DNA of 62,984 nt from Polyangia bacterium (GCA_035548155.1 DASZUD010000100.1:1-62984), one strand, 5' to 3'. Counted from the first letter of the stretch, positions 1-10,343 are shown. Numbers and translations are program-made. Notes: a model not told the origin generated them from the sequence alone.

Positions 1-1
1 G

Positions 2-3000
2 GTCGACGAGAAGACGGGCAAGGCGTCGGCGATGGCGATCCCGCTCAACCCGTCCGACTGGTCGAGCACGCCGTCGCGCCAGAAGTTCACGTTCGCGTGC
101 ACGGCGAGTGGCGTCGGCTCGAAGTGCGCGCGCATCTGGGGCTACAAGCCGTGGGGCTCGGCCGTGGTGAACCAGATGACCGTGCCGCTCCAGCCCTTCT
201 ACGACTCGTGCGTGATCGCCGCGCGCGCCGACTATTGCCAGGACGGCCAGAGCTACACGAAGGACGGGACCACCGTCGACCTCTTCGACTCGCTCGGGAT
301 CAATCCGACCGCCGGCGTGCCCTACGCGCCGAACTCGTCCGGGACGATGGTTCATGAGGAGTACCAGATCTCGGCCTACAACCAGTCGACGGCGGGCCCG
401 GCCTACGCGTCGATCGCCGCCAGCGATCTCGCGAGCTACTCGCCCTCCGACCAGGCGCTGCTTTCGAAGCTGCGCATGTCGGGCATGGAATCGAGCCGCT
501 ACGGCGACCTCGACCCCGGCCGCACGTGTCTCGCGGCGCCGTGGATCGACCGCTGCGATCCGCACGAGCCGTACGCCTGCTACCGCGCCGCGAACATGGG
601 GTCGTCGAACTACGGCGCCTTCATCAGCGTGAACTCGCCGCGGCACTGCAGCCACGACGTGCTCACCGACGGCGAGCCGCTCGACCCGATGTGCAACCTG
701 TGCGTCTCGCGCGTCTGCAGCGTCGACGCGACCTGCTGCGGGGATCCGGGGCCCGACAACTACTACCCGGTCAGCCTCGTGTGGGACTCGCACTGCGCGG
801 ATCTCAGCAGGCAGGTGTGCGTGAGCACGCCGGGCGGGCAGCCGTGGAGCGCCGGGACCGTCGCCACCCCCGCCGGTACGACGAAGGTCTCTTACCTCCA
901 CGGCGCCATCGGCTCGTTCGAGGGCATCGTCAAGGGCACGACGACGATCGACGGGTGGGCCTGCGATCCCGACCTTCCGACGGCGAGCGTGCCGGTGCAG
1001 ATCTCGGTGGGCGGCCCGATCGGCGCCGCAGGCACGACGCTGTACACGACGATCGCGGACGCGGCGCTCTCGGCGAATTGGAAGGCGATCGTCGCCAGCG
1101 AGTGCGGCGGCACGGGGCCGCACGGGTTCCATTACACGCTGCCGAGCTCGGCCATCGGCAAGGACGTCTACGTCTACGGCGTCGATCTCAACGTGCCGGG
1201 CTCGCCGTTCACGCTGCTCCGGGGCGGCAAGAAGAACCTCCCCGACCCGACGAAGGCGTCGCCGACGACGAACGCCAACGCGGCGCTCTGGACGGGCTGG
1301 CTCGAAGCCAAGCAGACGTCCGTGCACGCCTTCAAGGGGAAGGCGGCCGCGGGGGACAACTATCGAATCTGGGTCGACGGCATCTACGTCGACGGGACGA
1401 CGTGGCCGGCTCCGGATCCGACGCTGAAGAACGGCATCACCTTCACCGTACCCACGCCGAGCTCGGTGTCCCTGCGAAAGGGTGTCCGCTACCCGATCCG
1501 CGTCGAGTACCTGCGCGCGAGCCCCACCTCGACGTCGTCGTTCACGCTGCAGTGGCAGCAGACTCCGACTTCGACGCTCGCGACCGTCCCCGTATCCGCG
1601 CTGTTTCCCATGGCCCCAAATTCGGGCACGGGCCTGCTCGCGACCTACTTCTCGGGCTCGTTCGGCACCGCGAACGCTACGACGACGACCGGAGCGGTCG
1701 ACTATCTGTGGACCAAGAGCTGCGTGCCGGATCCCAAGAAGCCGAAGACCTGCGACAAGCTCCCGTCGCCGCTCACGCCCGACGGCGCCTTCTCCGCGCG
1801 CTTCACGGGGCAGATCGTTCCGCCGGTGTCTGGGGACTACACGTTCACGGCGGACACGCAGGGCACCGCGCAGATCTGGGTCGACGGCAAGCTGGTGACG
1901 GATTCGTCGCGCACGCCGCCGGGCAAAGGAAACAACTGCACGCACGACATCTGCCGCACGGGCCCCGCCGAGAGCCGCACCTGTGACCAGGGGTACTTCT
2001 GCGCGGGACAGGTCTGCCTCAAGGATCCGGCGTGCTGCTCGATCACGTGGGACGCCGCGTGCTTGCAAGAGGTCGCGACGATCTGTCACCTCGAGTGCCG
2101 GCAGACCGCGCCGATCCCCGTCTCGCTGCGCGCGGGCGTCAAGTACGACATCAAGATCGAATTCCAGCACGCAGGCGGCAGCGCCGCGAAGATGAAGCTC
2201 TTCTGGGCGCTGGGCCAAGGCGCCCGCGGCGAGGTCCCTGCCAGCCGGCTGTTCACCGACGGCGGGACCGCGAACGGCGTCGGCCTCAACGCCGCCTACT
2301 TCGTCGACGCGACGACGGCAGGCGCGTTCATGACCGAGGCCCTCGATCACGTCGCCGCGGCGTCGTTCTCGAGCGCCGCGTCGTCGCTGCCGACGGCGGT
2401 GCTCGCGGCGTCGATCTGCTCGACGACGGCCGATCCGCCCGGCGCGCCGGCGCTCTCGCTCGCGACCCCGGCGCCGCTTCCTGCAGCGACGCCGCTCGAG
2501 CTCGTCGTGGGCGGCCTGGTGCACGCCGCGCAGGTCACGATCCTCGAGGGGACGACGACCCTCTTTTCGTCGGGGACGACGCGCACCGACACCGACGGCG
2601 GCGTCGTGTCGACGAGCCTGTCTTTCGCCGCGGGCACGCACACGCTCATCGCGCGCGAGCTCAGCGGCTCGAAGACCGTCGACTCCGCGCCGCTGACGTT
2701 CACCGTCGTCGGCACGCCGCCGGCCGCGGGGCCGGCCGTCACCGTTCCTGCCGGCGGCCTCACGTCCGACAACGGGCGCGTCGTCATGAGTGGCAAGGCG
2801 ACGGCGAACGCCACGGTCACGATCACGGGCGCCGGCACGATGACGAAGGTCACCGCGGACGGCTCGGGCCTCTGGTCGACGGCGGCGTCGCCTTACGTCC
2901 TGCCCTCGCCGGGGCTCTACACGCTGCAGATCAGCGACTCCAAGGGTGGCACGACGACGATGAACGCCACCTACGCCATCCCGGCGCTCAAGATCGAGGT

Positions 3001-6000
3001 CCCGACGACCGCCGACGCGGCCGTCGCCAGCGCCTTCAGCGTGACGGCGAGCTCGCCGGTCACGACGGGCATCGTCGTCGTGGCCGACGGCGACGGCACG
3101 TACTTCACCGAGCGCGGAAGCGCCGCCGTCAACACGACGACGAAGAAGTTCACGATCAACCTCACGGGGTTCGACGCCGGTCGTCACGTGCTCGAGGTCT
3201 TCCAGCGGATCACGACGAACGTCGCGGGCGTCGTGAACACGCTCGACGGGCCGCCGGCGTTCGGCAGCGTCGTCGTCGCGCCGCAGGCGGGCGCGTTGAC
3301 GATCACGAGCCCCAAGGCGGGCGCCGGCGTCGACTATGAATTTGCCGTCAACGGAACGGCGCCTGCGCGCCAGGGGCTGCCCTATCAGATCTACGTCTAC
3401 CAGAGCGGTACGAAGGTGGGGCAGGGCACCGTGAACGAGGACGCGACGCACTCGTTCTCCGTGCCCGTGCACCTCACGGGGACCGGCAATCAGCAGCTCT
3501 TCGTGGCGCTCGTCGCGAGCTCCCTGTCGGGGGGAGGCGCGGTCGAGCTGCCGGGGCGGACCGGGCCCGTCAACGTGACGATCAACCCGCCGCCGCCGAA
3601 GTTCTCGACGGCGAACCCGTTCAGCCAGGGCGCGTCGACCTTCACGCTCGCGGGCACGGGCACGTCCGGTTATTCGATCTCAGCGACGGTCGACGGGGCG
3701 CCGTACTCGTTCGCCACGACCCCCAGCGTGGGGTCGAACAGCAACTTCTCGGCGCCGTTCACGCTGTCGGCCGGGCATCACGTCATCGTCGCGAAGCAAT
3801 TCCTGGGCAACGCGAAGAGCGCCGACAGCGTGCCGTTCCTCGTGAGCATCGGCGACACGACGGCGCCGCAGATCAAGGCCACCAAGACGCGCCTCGAGTA
3901 CTCGACGACCAGCCTGACGGGGCTCTCGGTCGACTACTACAAGGACGCCGGAGTCGCGGCGAGCGACAACTCCGGCAGCGTCACGGTCAGCTGCGATCCC
4001 GCCGTGCCGACGCCCTCCGCGCCCGTGGCGTTCCCGCTCGGCACGACGAACGCGATCTGCTCGGCCGCGGACGGTGCGGGCAACGTCGCGTCGATCGTGA
4101 TCAGCGTCAGCATCAAGAGCACCGCAACGCCGACGATGAGCGCGACGAACCTGGTGGCCGAGGCCACGCTGCCGTCGGGCGCGCCCGTGCCCTATCAGGT
4201 GTCGATGATGGGCTTCCTCGCGAACTGCCCGACGCCGGGGAGCTCCGCCGTCGTGGAGTGCTCGAGCTGGCAGCCGATCGCGCCCGGCCTCGGGCTGCCC
4301 ACGGTGATCGGCGTCGACGCGGGCGACGGCACGCTGTACGCGAGCCAGCCCGGCGCGCCGACGGCGACCAACGCGTATCCGGCGGGCAAGCTCTTCAAGA
4401 TGGCGAACGGCGCCACCGCTTGGACGCCGCTCGACATGCCTGGGCCTGCGTCGCGCGCGGCGCGCATCAGCGTCGCGCCCGCGTCCGGCTCCGTCGCCAA
4501 GACGCTCTACGTCCCCGCGGACGTGGGCGTGCTCGCGAGCACCGACGGCGGCGGGACCTGGAAGAACGTCCTGCCGGGCCCGGGCTTCGTGCGCACCAGC
4601 GTCGATCCGAACAACGGCGCGCACCTCTTCGCGTGGACCGAGCCGCGCCCGGGCAGCTCGTCCTGCTCGCTCTTCGAGACGAAGGACGGCGGCCAGACGT
4701 GGAGCTACGCGGCCGACAACATGCCGATGCAGGACTCGCCCGATCTCGCGAGCCCGCACGTGACCGACGTCGCCTTCGACAAGCTGAACCCGGGGCGCGT
4801 CTACGCGCTCGTCTCGCCGACGGCCTGGGCCGACGTCAAGACGCCCGACCTCATCTACCGCCGCATCGCGAACGGCCGGTGGGAGCGCCTCAGCGTGCCG
4901 CCCGCCAGCCAGCCGCTGCGAGGTTTCGCCGATTCGCCGCTGGCCGTCGCCCCCTCGTTGCCGCCCTGCACGACCGGGTGCCAGACCTTCCCGACGGTCT
5001 TCGCCGGCCGCCTCAAGTCGCAGGACGGAGGCGACACCTGGATCCCGAACGACGGCATGCCCGACGGCACGCTCGCCTATCTGTTCGACCGCGCGGTCGC
5101 GGGGACCATCTACGCGAGCTACTACAAGTCGGTCGACTACGGCGCGACCTGGCAGCCATGGACGGCGCCGGCGTCGATCTTCATCGACGGGTTCGCGCAG
5201 GACTTCGCCGGGACGATCTACGGGACGTACAGCACCGGGGAAGGGGCCGGCATCTACAAGACCACGGACGCGGGCGCGCACTGGGCCCAGGCCACCGTGC
5301 CGTGGTCGCAATCGATGATCATCACGGACTTCGTGCCCGACCCCGTCAACTCGCTGAACGCGTATGCCCTCACGCCCGAGGGCGTGTTCAAGGCGTACCG
5401 CGGCACCGACGGCAAGGACGCGTGGAAGCTCACGTCGAGCGATCAGCTCGTGCAAGAGCAGCTGGTGATCGATCCGTCGAACCGCCAGACGATCTATCTC
5501 TCGGGCCTGAGCCCGTTCCAGCGCAATGGCCTCATCTCCGTCGACGGCGCGGGTGACAGCGGCCTGCCCTGGGCGCCCAAGGCGTACGTCGGTCCGGTCG
5601 CGCCGAACCCGGGCGCCGCCGGATCGCTGCTCATGATCGCGCCTGGCCCCGGCACCGTGACGGGGAGCGGCGTCACCGGGCTCGTTTACCTCTTCGGCGA
5701 GCCGACCAGCCAGAGCTATGCGCTGGACGTCGCGCCGATGTCGCCGCACGCGATCGAGGTCCTGCCCGACGCCGCGCAGACCGTCGTCCTTTCGTACAAC
5801 CAGAACGGCGGCACGACGGGCGGGACCGTGATCTTCTCGGCGCGCGACAGCCAGCTCGCGCCGACGAAGACCGCCGTCCGGACGATCCTGTCGGGTGCGC
5901 CTTCGCGTCCCGTGTTCGACAACTCCGACGGACACAACTCGATCTTCGTGAGCGGCGCCGCGCTCGGGAACGCGCCGGATCACCTCTGGAAGGCGTCCCT

Positions 6001-9000
6001 CGACGATCTGACCTTCCGGAGCATCGGCGGCGGACAGCCGTGGATCGACTTCCGCCGGCTCGCGATCGACGGCGGCAGCGACGGTCAGTCGCTCTACACC
6101 GTCGGGTGGGACGGCCTGCTGTGGGAGAGCCATGACGGCGGCGCCACCTGGACGCCCGATCCGTCCGCGCCGGGGCTGATCAACCGCGTGTGGGCCTCGC
6201 CCGTCGACGGCACGATCTACGCGAGCATCGGCAACGATACGTGGAACGAGACGGATCTCGCGTGGCAAGCCATACACCCGGGCGGCGCGCTGTACCCGGG
6301 CGCGATCTGGCGGCGCGCCGACGGCGCCGTTCCGCCGGATGCGTCGATCGCCAAGGGGAAGCTGCGCGTCACGTGCAGAGACACGTCGGGCTCCGGGACC
6401 CGCAAGATCACGTCGGGCAGCGTGTTCCCCGTCGGCAAGACCACGCTCTCGTGCTCGGCCAAGGACGTGTTCAGCAACACGCTCACGAGCAACGTCACGA
6501 TCGACGTGCGCGACACGACGCCGCCGGCCATCACGGTGGTGCCGCCCGCGCCCGTGACGACGACGGGCACCAGCGCCACGGTCACGTTCACGGCGACGGC
6601 GAAGGACATCGTCAACGGCAACCTCGCGCTGGTCTCGAGCTGCCCCCCGACGGGCGCTTGCTTCACGTGCGATCGCCTGTCCGGCAGCTCCTTCAACCTC
6701 GGCGTCACGATCGTCACGTGCACGGCGCGCGACGCGAGCGCCAACCCGGGCCCCAACACCTCGACCTTGAAGTTCCCGGTCGTCGTCAACAAGTCGGGGG
6801 GCGCCGCCGCGCCGATCCTGACGGTGCCGGCCGACATGGTCGTCGAGGCCACGAGCAAGAACGGCGCGGTGGCCAACCCGCAGGTCAAGGCGACGAAGTC
6901 CGGGGGGGCGACGATCGCGTTCACCTGCACGCCCACCTTCTCGGCGACGTCGACGTTCGCTCTGGGGACGACGGCCGAGACGTGCTCGGCCACCGACGCG
7001 GGGTTCACCGTGACCCGCACGTTCAACGTGAAGGTCGTCGACACGAAGGCGCCGACGCTGACGGTGCCCGCGACGTCGCCGACGGCGAACGCTCAAGGCT
7101 CGTGGGGCGCCCCCGTGGCCTACTCGGTGACGGCCAGCGACGTCGTGGACGGCGACCTCACGGCGTCCGTCGCGTGCGTGCCTCCCTCGGGCACGAACTT
7201 CGCGCCGGGCGCGAGCACCGTCACCTGCCGCGTGAGCGACAAGGCAGGGAACGTCACGACGAAGTCCTTCACCGTCATCGTCAATGACAACGCGGCGCCG
7301 GTGCTGAGCTTGCCGGCGCTCCAGGTCGCCGAGGCGCTCGACTTCCTGGGCGCGCGCGTCACCTTCACGGCGACGGCGACGGACGCGGTCGAAGGGCCGG
7401 TCAACGTCGTGTGCGCGCCGCCGTCGGGGAGCTTCTTCTCGTTCGGAGACACGACGGTCGCCTGCCACGCCTCCGACTCGGCGCACAACCTCGCCACGGG
7501 CGCCTTCACGGTGCGGGTCATCGACACGACGCCGCCGACGCTGACGGTCCCGTCTCTGCCCGTCGTCGTCGAAGCGGCGACGGCGCTGGGCGGCCCGGCG
7601 TCGTTCGCGGTCTCGGCGTTCGACGCCGTCAGCCGCGCCGTGACGCCGGTGTGCACCGTCCCGTCGGGGGTGACCGGTCGGACCGTCGTCACCTCGGGCA
7701 GCTCCTTCGCGATGGGGACGAACACGGTCACCTGCACGGCGACCGACGCCGCGGGCAACGCGGCCACCGGTTCGTTCACCGTCGTCGTGCGCGACACGAC
7801 GGTGCCCTTCATCAGCGTGCCGGCGACCATCTACGCGGAGGCCGGCGCCGACAAGACGGCGATCGTCACCTATCCCGCCGTGACGGCGACGGATCTCCCG
7901 GCGAAGCCCGGCGATCCGGTCTCCTCGCTCGCCGTGGCCTGCTCGCCCGCCTCGGGCAGCCGGTTCCGCTTCGGCACGACGGCCGTCACTTGCATCGCGC
8001 GTGACTCGGTCGGCAACCAGGCGAGCAAGTCGTTCAACGTCGTCGTGCGCGACACGGGCCTGCCCACGCTGGGCGCCGTCCCCGCCAACATCACGACGTT
8101 CGCGACCTTGGCGACGGGCGCCGTCGTCACGTATGCGCCGCCGACCGCGACGGACGCCGTCGACGGCACGGCGCCCGTGACGTGCACGCCCGCGTCGGGC
8201 TCGACGTTCGCGCCCAACAAGACCACGGTCTCGTGCGTCGCGACCGACTCGAGCGGCAACAAGTCCGCCGCGAAGACGTTCACCGTGTGGGTGCAGTTCT
8301 CGACGACCCAGACGGGCGGCGCGACCTTCCTCGCGCCGCTCGCCGCCGACGGCTCCTCGGTCGTCCAGCGCTCGCTGGGCTCGCTGCCCGTGGCGTTCGG
8401 CATGACGGGCGTCAGCGCGCCCATCACCACGCTCTCGACGGCCAGCCTCACGATCGCGCCCGTCGTCAACGGCGTGGTCGGCACCTTCGTGGCCGCGACG
8501 CCCGCCTCCGGCACGGGCAACCTCTTCACGTACGACGCGGTGAACAAGCGCTACCTCTACAACATGGCGCTCGCCAACCTGGCCGACGGGACCTTCCGCC
8601 TGCACGCCGAGCTCTCGGACGGCCTCACGCGCGAGGTGAGCTTCTCGACGGTGCCGCCGTGGACGTCGCTGTCGCTCGCGACCGGCTGGACGGGCGGGTC
8701 GTACAACACGGGCACGCCGGCCTCGGCGCTGCTGGACGGCGTCGTCTACCTGCGCGGCGCGATGTCCAACAACGGCACCGGCGGCATCACGCCGTTCGTG
8801 CTGCCCGCCGGCCGCCGCCCGACTTCGCTCATCGCCTTGCCGATCACGCTGTGCTCGTCGATCCGCGGCACGCTCGAGATCGGCACCGACGGCACGGTCT
8901 GGGTGTTCGGCAACAACAGCTCGATGAACTGCTTCACGTCGCTCGAGGGCGTCTCGTTCGTCGTCGACAACAGCGCGGCCAACGGCAACCAGGCGCTCAC

Positions 9001-9631
9001 GCCCCAGAACGGCATCACGAACGCCGGGTCGCCCTGGCGCGCCCCGACGGCGCGGATCTCGTCCAACGTCGTCCACCTCGCGGGCGCCCTCCAGACGAAC
9101 GGCTCGGGCGCGACGGCCTTCAACCTGCCGGCGGCGATGCGGCCGGCCGCTTACGTCTACCTGCCGATCTCGTATGGCGGCAGCTCCAACTACAAGGGCC
9201 GCCTCCTCGTCTCGCCGTCGGGCGACGTCAGCGTCGTGCCGGACAGCACGGCCGTCGGCGGCGAGGTGACGTCGCTCGAGGGCGTGACGTTCCCGGTGCC
9301 GAACACGGGCACGGGGTGGACGTGCCTCACGCCGACGAATGGCTGGACGGCCATGCCGTACAGCACGCGCAACACGTGCGTGAAGGACGTCGACGGCCTC
9401 ATTCGCCTCTCGGGCAGCGTGACGACCTCCGGGACGAACATGAGCGCGCTCGCGCTGCCGGCGGCGCTGCGTCCCGCGAAGGACGCCTACGTCGAGATCG
9501 ATCTGTGCAACGGCACGATGGGGCGCGTCCACGTCACGCCGGCGGGCATCGTCACCGTCGAGTCGGAGGCGTCGATCTCGAACGCGCAGTGCTTCAGCTC
9601 GTTCGAGGGCGCGGCCTTCTCGGCGCAGTGA
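2..9631 (+). CDS. Giant secreted/surface multidomain protein, probably 5' partial: ADYC-like region, PA14 domains, Ig-like region, sortilin/BNR Asp-box beta-propellers, about 9-10 HYR repeats, C-terminal triple repeat
   Basis: The frame is open from nt 2 to the first ATG at 32, so the gene likely starts upstream of the window. Motifs read directly: CVIAARADYCQDG (ADYC); GLLATYFSG...FSARFTGQIVPPVSGDYTFTADTQGTAQIWVDGKLV (PA14); six Asp-boxes (STDGGGTWKN, TKDGGQTWSY, SQDGGDTWIP, SVDYGATWQP, TTDAGAHWAQ, SHDGGATWTP); repeated DTTPPxLTVP...VTCxAxDxAGN units (HYR). Confidence 0.9.
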   Translation, partial: VDEKTGKASAMAIPLNPSDWSSTPSRQKFTFACTASGVGSKCARIWGYKPWGSAVVNQMTVPLQPFYDSCVIAARADYCQDGQSYTKDGTTVDLFDSLGINPTAGVPYAPNSSGTMVHEEYQISAYNQSTAGPAYASIAASDLASYSPSDQALLSKLRMSGMESSRYGDLDPGRTCLAAPWIDRCDPHEPYACYRAANMGSSNYGAFISVNSPRHCSHDVLTDGEPLDPMCNLCVSRVCSVDATCCGDPGPDNYYPVSLVWDSHCADLSRQVCVSTPGGQPWSAGTVATPAGTTKVSYLHGAIGSFEGIVKGTTTIDGWACDPDLPTASVPVQISVGGPIGAAGTTLYTTIADAALSANWKAIVASECGGTGPHGFHYTLPSSAIGKDVYVYGVDLNVPGSPFTLLRGGKKNLPDPTKASPTTNANAALWTGWLEAKQTSVHAFKGKAAAGDNYRIWVDGIYVDGTTWPAPDPTLKNGITFTVPTPSSVSLRKGVRYPIRVEYLRASPTSTSSFTLQWQQTPTSTLATVPVSALFPMAPNSGTGLLATYFSGSFGTANATTTTGAVDYLWTKSCVPDPKKPKTCDKLPSPLTPDGAFSARFTGQIVPPVSGDYTFTADTQGTAQIWVDGKLVTDSSRTPPGKGNNCTHDICRTGPAESRTCDQGYFCAGQVCLKDPACCSITWDAACLQEVATICHLECRQTAPIPVSLRAGVKYDIKIEFQHAGGSAAKMKLFWALGQGARGEVPASRLFTDGGTANGVGLNAAYFVDATTAGAFMTEALDHVAAASFSSAASSLPTAVLAASICSTTADPPGAPALSLATPAPLPAATPLELVVGGLVHAAQVTILEGTTTLFSSGTTRTDTDGGVVSTSLSFAAGTHTLIARELSGSKTVDSAPLTFTVVGTPPAAGPAVTVPAGGLTSDNGRVVMSGKATANATVTITGAGTMTKVTADGSGLWSTAASPYVLPSPGLYTLQISDSKGGTTTMNATYAIPALKIEVPTTADAAVASAFSVTASSPVTTGIVVVADGDGTYFTERGSAAVNTTTKKFTINLTGFDAGRHVLEVFQRITTNVAGVVNTLDGPPAFGSVVVAPQAGALTITSPKAGAGVDYEFAVNGTAPARQGLPYQIYVYQSGTKVGQGTVNEDATHSFSVPVHLTGTGNQQLFVALVASSLSGGGAVELPGRTGPVNVTINPPPPKFSTANPFSQGASTFTLAGTGTSGYSISATVDGAPYSFATTPSVGSNSNFSAPFTLSAGHHVIVAKQFLGNAKSADSVPFLVSIGDTTAPQIKATKTRLEYSTTSLTGLSVDYYKDAGVAASDNSGSVTVSCDPAVPTPSAPVAFPLGTTNAICSAADGAGNVASIVISVSIKSTATPTMSATNLVAEATLPSGAPVPYQVSMMGFLANCPTPGSSAVVECSSWQPIAPGLGLPTVIGVDAGDGTLYASQPGAPTATNAYPAGKLFKMANGATAWTPLDMPGPASRAARISVAPASGSVAKTLYVPADVGVLASTDGGGTWKNVLPGPGFVRTSVDPNNGAHLFAWTEPRPGSSSCSLFETKDGGQTWSYAADNMPMQDSPDLASPHVTDVAFDKLNPGRVYALVSPTAWADVKTPDLIYRRIANGRWERLSVPPASQPLRGFADSPLAVAPSLPPCTTGCQTFPTVFAGRLKSQDGGDTWIPNDGMPDGTLAYLFDRAVAGTIYASYYKSVDYGATWQPWTAPASIFIDGFAQDFAGTIYGTYSTGEGAGIYKTTDAGAHWAQATVPWSQSMIITDFVPDPVNSLNAYALTPEGVFKAYRGTDGKDAWKLTSSDQLVQEQLVIDPSNRQTIYLSGLSPFQRNGLISVDGAGDSGLPWAPKAYVGPVAPNPGAAGSLLMIAPGPGTVTGSGVTGLVYLFGEPTSQSYALDVAPMSPHAIEVLPDAAQTVVLSYNQNGGTTGGTVIFSARDSQLAPTKTAVRTILSGAPSRPVFDNSDGHNSIFVSGAALGNAPDHLWKASLDDLTFRSIGGGQPWIDFRRLAIDGGSDGQSLYTVGWDGLLWESHDGGATWTPDPSAPGLINRVWASPVDGTIYASIGNDTWNETDLAWQAIHPGGALYPGAIWRRADGAVPPDASIAKGKLRVTCRDTSGSGTRKITSGSVFPVGKTTLSCSAKDVFSNTLTSNVTIDVRDTTPPAITVVPPAPVTTTGTSATVTFTATAKDIVNGNLALVSSCPPTGACFTCDRLSGSSFNLGVTIVTCTARDASANPGPNTSTLKFPVVVNKSGGAAAPILTVPADMVVEATSKNGAVANPQVKATKSGGATIAFTCTPTFSATSTFALGTTAETCSATDAGFTVTRTFNVKVVDTKAPTLTVPATSPTANAQGSWGAPVAYSVTASDVVDGDLTASVACVPPSGTNFAPGASTVTCRVSDKAGNVTTKSFTVIVNDNAAPVLSLPALQVAEALDFLGARVTFTATATDAVEGPVNVVCAPPSGSFFSFGDTTVACHASDSAHNLATGAFTVRVIDTTPPTLTVPSLPVVVEAATALGGPASFAVSAFDAVSRAVTPVCTVPSGVTGRTVVTSGSSFAMGTNTVTCTATDAAGNAATGSFTVVVRDTTVPFISVPATIYAEAGADKTAIVTYPAVTATDLPAKPGDPVSSLAVACSPASGSRFRFGTTAVTCIARDSVGNQASKSFNVVVRDTGLPTLGAVPANITTFATLATGAVVTYAPPTATDAVDGTAPVTCTPASGSTFAPNKTTVSCVATDSSGNKSAAKTFTVWVQFSTTQTGGATFLAPLAADGSSVVQRSLGSLPVAFGMTGVSAPITTLSTASLTIAPVVNGVVGTFVAATPASGTGNLFTYDAVNKRYLYNMALANLADGTFRLHAELSDGLTREVSFSTVPPWTSLSLATGWTGGSYNTGTPASALLDGVVYLRGAMSNNGTGGITPFVLPAGRRPTSLIALPITLCSSIRGTLEIGTDGTVWVFGNNSSMNCFTSLEGVSFVVDNSAANGNQALTPQNGITNAGSPWRAPTARISSNVVHLAGALQTNGSGATAFNLPAAMRPAAYVYLPISYGGSSNYKGRLLVSPSGDVSVVPDSTAVGGEVTSLEGVTFPVPNTGTGWTCLTPTNGWTAMPYSTRNTCVKDVDGLIRLSGSVTTSGTNMSALALPAALRPAKDAYVEIDLCNGTMGRVHVTPAGIVTVESEASISNAQCFSSFEGAAFSAQ

Positions 9632-9686
9632 GGTTTGGCGGCTGGGGGCTCGCCCGGAAGGGGGGCCCCTGCCACCGAACCGTGGG

Positions 9687-10172
9687 TCAGGCGTTGCCGA
9701 CGGCGCTTTGCGCCTCGCTCTGGAACTCGACGAGGCGGTTGCCGATCGTGCGCCGCGACACGCCGAGCGCCACGGCGATCTCGTGGCAGGTCATCCCGTC
9801 AGCGTGATAGTAGAGCGCGATCTCCTGCAGCTCGGCGGGCACGCGGCTCATGATCTCGGCGACGATGACGCGCGCCTCGGCGTCGGCCGCCCGGCGGTCT
9901 TCGAGGCGCGGGTTGCGCGCCAGGAGCTTCGTGCGCCGCTTCTCGTCGCGCAGCCGGTTGAGGCAGAGGTTCGTCGTCACCCGGTAGAGCCACGCGAGCG
10001 GCTCGGGGTGGTGCAGCACGCGCTCGTTGACGTCCAGCAGGCGCAGGAAGACCTCCTGGGTGGCGTCCTGCGCGGCCTCCTCGTTGCGGAGCAGCTGGCG
10101 GGCGCGCTTGAGGACGCTCCCGCGGTAGCCCTCATAGAGCGCGTGGATGCGGGTGCTGACGACGGCGTGCAT
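9687..10172 (-). CDS. ECF-type RNA polymerase sigma-70 family factor
   Basis: 161 aa. Region 2 motif DATQEVFLRLL...WLYRVTTNLCLNRLRD. Region 4 HTH motif LQEIALYYHADGMTCHEIAVALGVSRRTIGNRL. Confidence 0.9.
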   Translation of the reverse strand: MHAVVSTRIHALYEGYRGSVLKRARQLLRNEEAAQDATQEVFLRLLDVNERVLHHPEPLAWLYRVTTNLCLNRLRDEKRRTKLLARNPRLEDRRAADAEARVIVAEIMSRVPAELQEIALYYHADGMTCHEIAVALGVSRRTIGNRLVEFQSEAQSAVGNA

Positions 10173-10315
10173 GAGCGCCTGACGTCAGCACCGCGCGTGC
10201 CACCGGCCTTCCGTACTGATCTCACACAGTTGGCGCGCAAGGCGCGCTCGCTTCGTGCTCAGCCTCGAGCTCGAAGCTCAAGCGGATTGAACACGAAGCT
10301 CAAAGCGTCGCGGCC

Positions 10316-10343
10316 GCGACGGGCGCGTTTCTTCGCCGTTTCC
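10316..10343 (-). promoter_or_regulatory. Possible ECF-type promoter upstream of the sigma gene (GGAAAC, 17 nt, GTCGC)
   Basis: The minus strand reads GGAAAC ggcgaagaaacgcgccc GTCGC about 145 nt upstream of the sigma start codon. This resembles the AAC / CGT-type ECF consensus only loosely. Confidence 0.2.

Noticed and set aside
3680-9532. 1950-aa ORF on the minus strand
   Set aside because: It is antisense to the giant multidomain CDS. The translation is dominated by Arg, Asp, Gly, Ala and His with no motifs. This is the typical stop-poor shadow frame of GC-rich DNA.
9641-9672. Possible bidirectional terminator between the giant gene and the sigma gene
   Set aside because: Only 4-5 bp stems (ggggc / gcccc, ccc / ggg) can be drawn, which is too weak to call.
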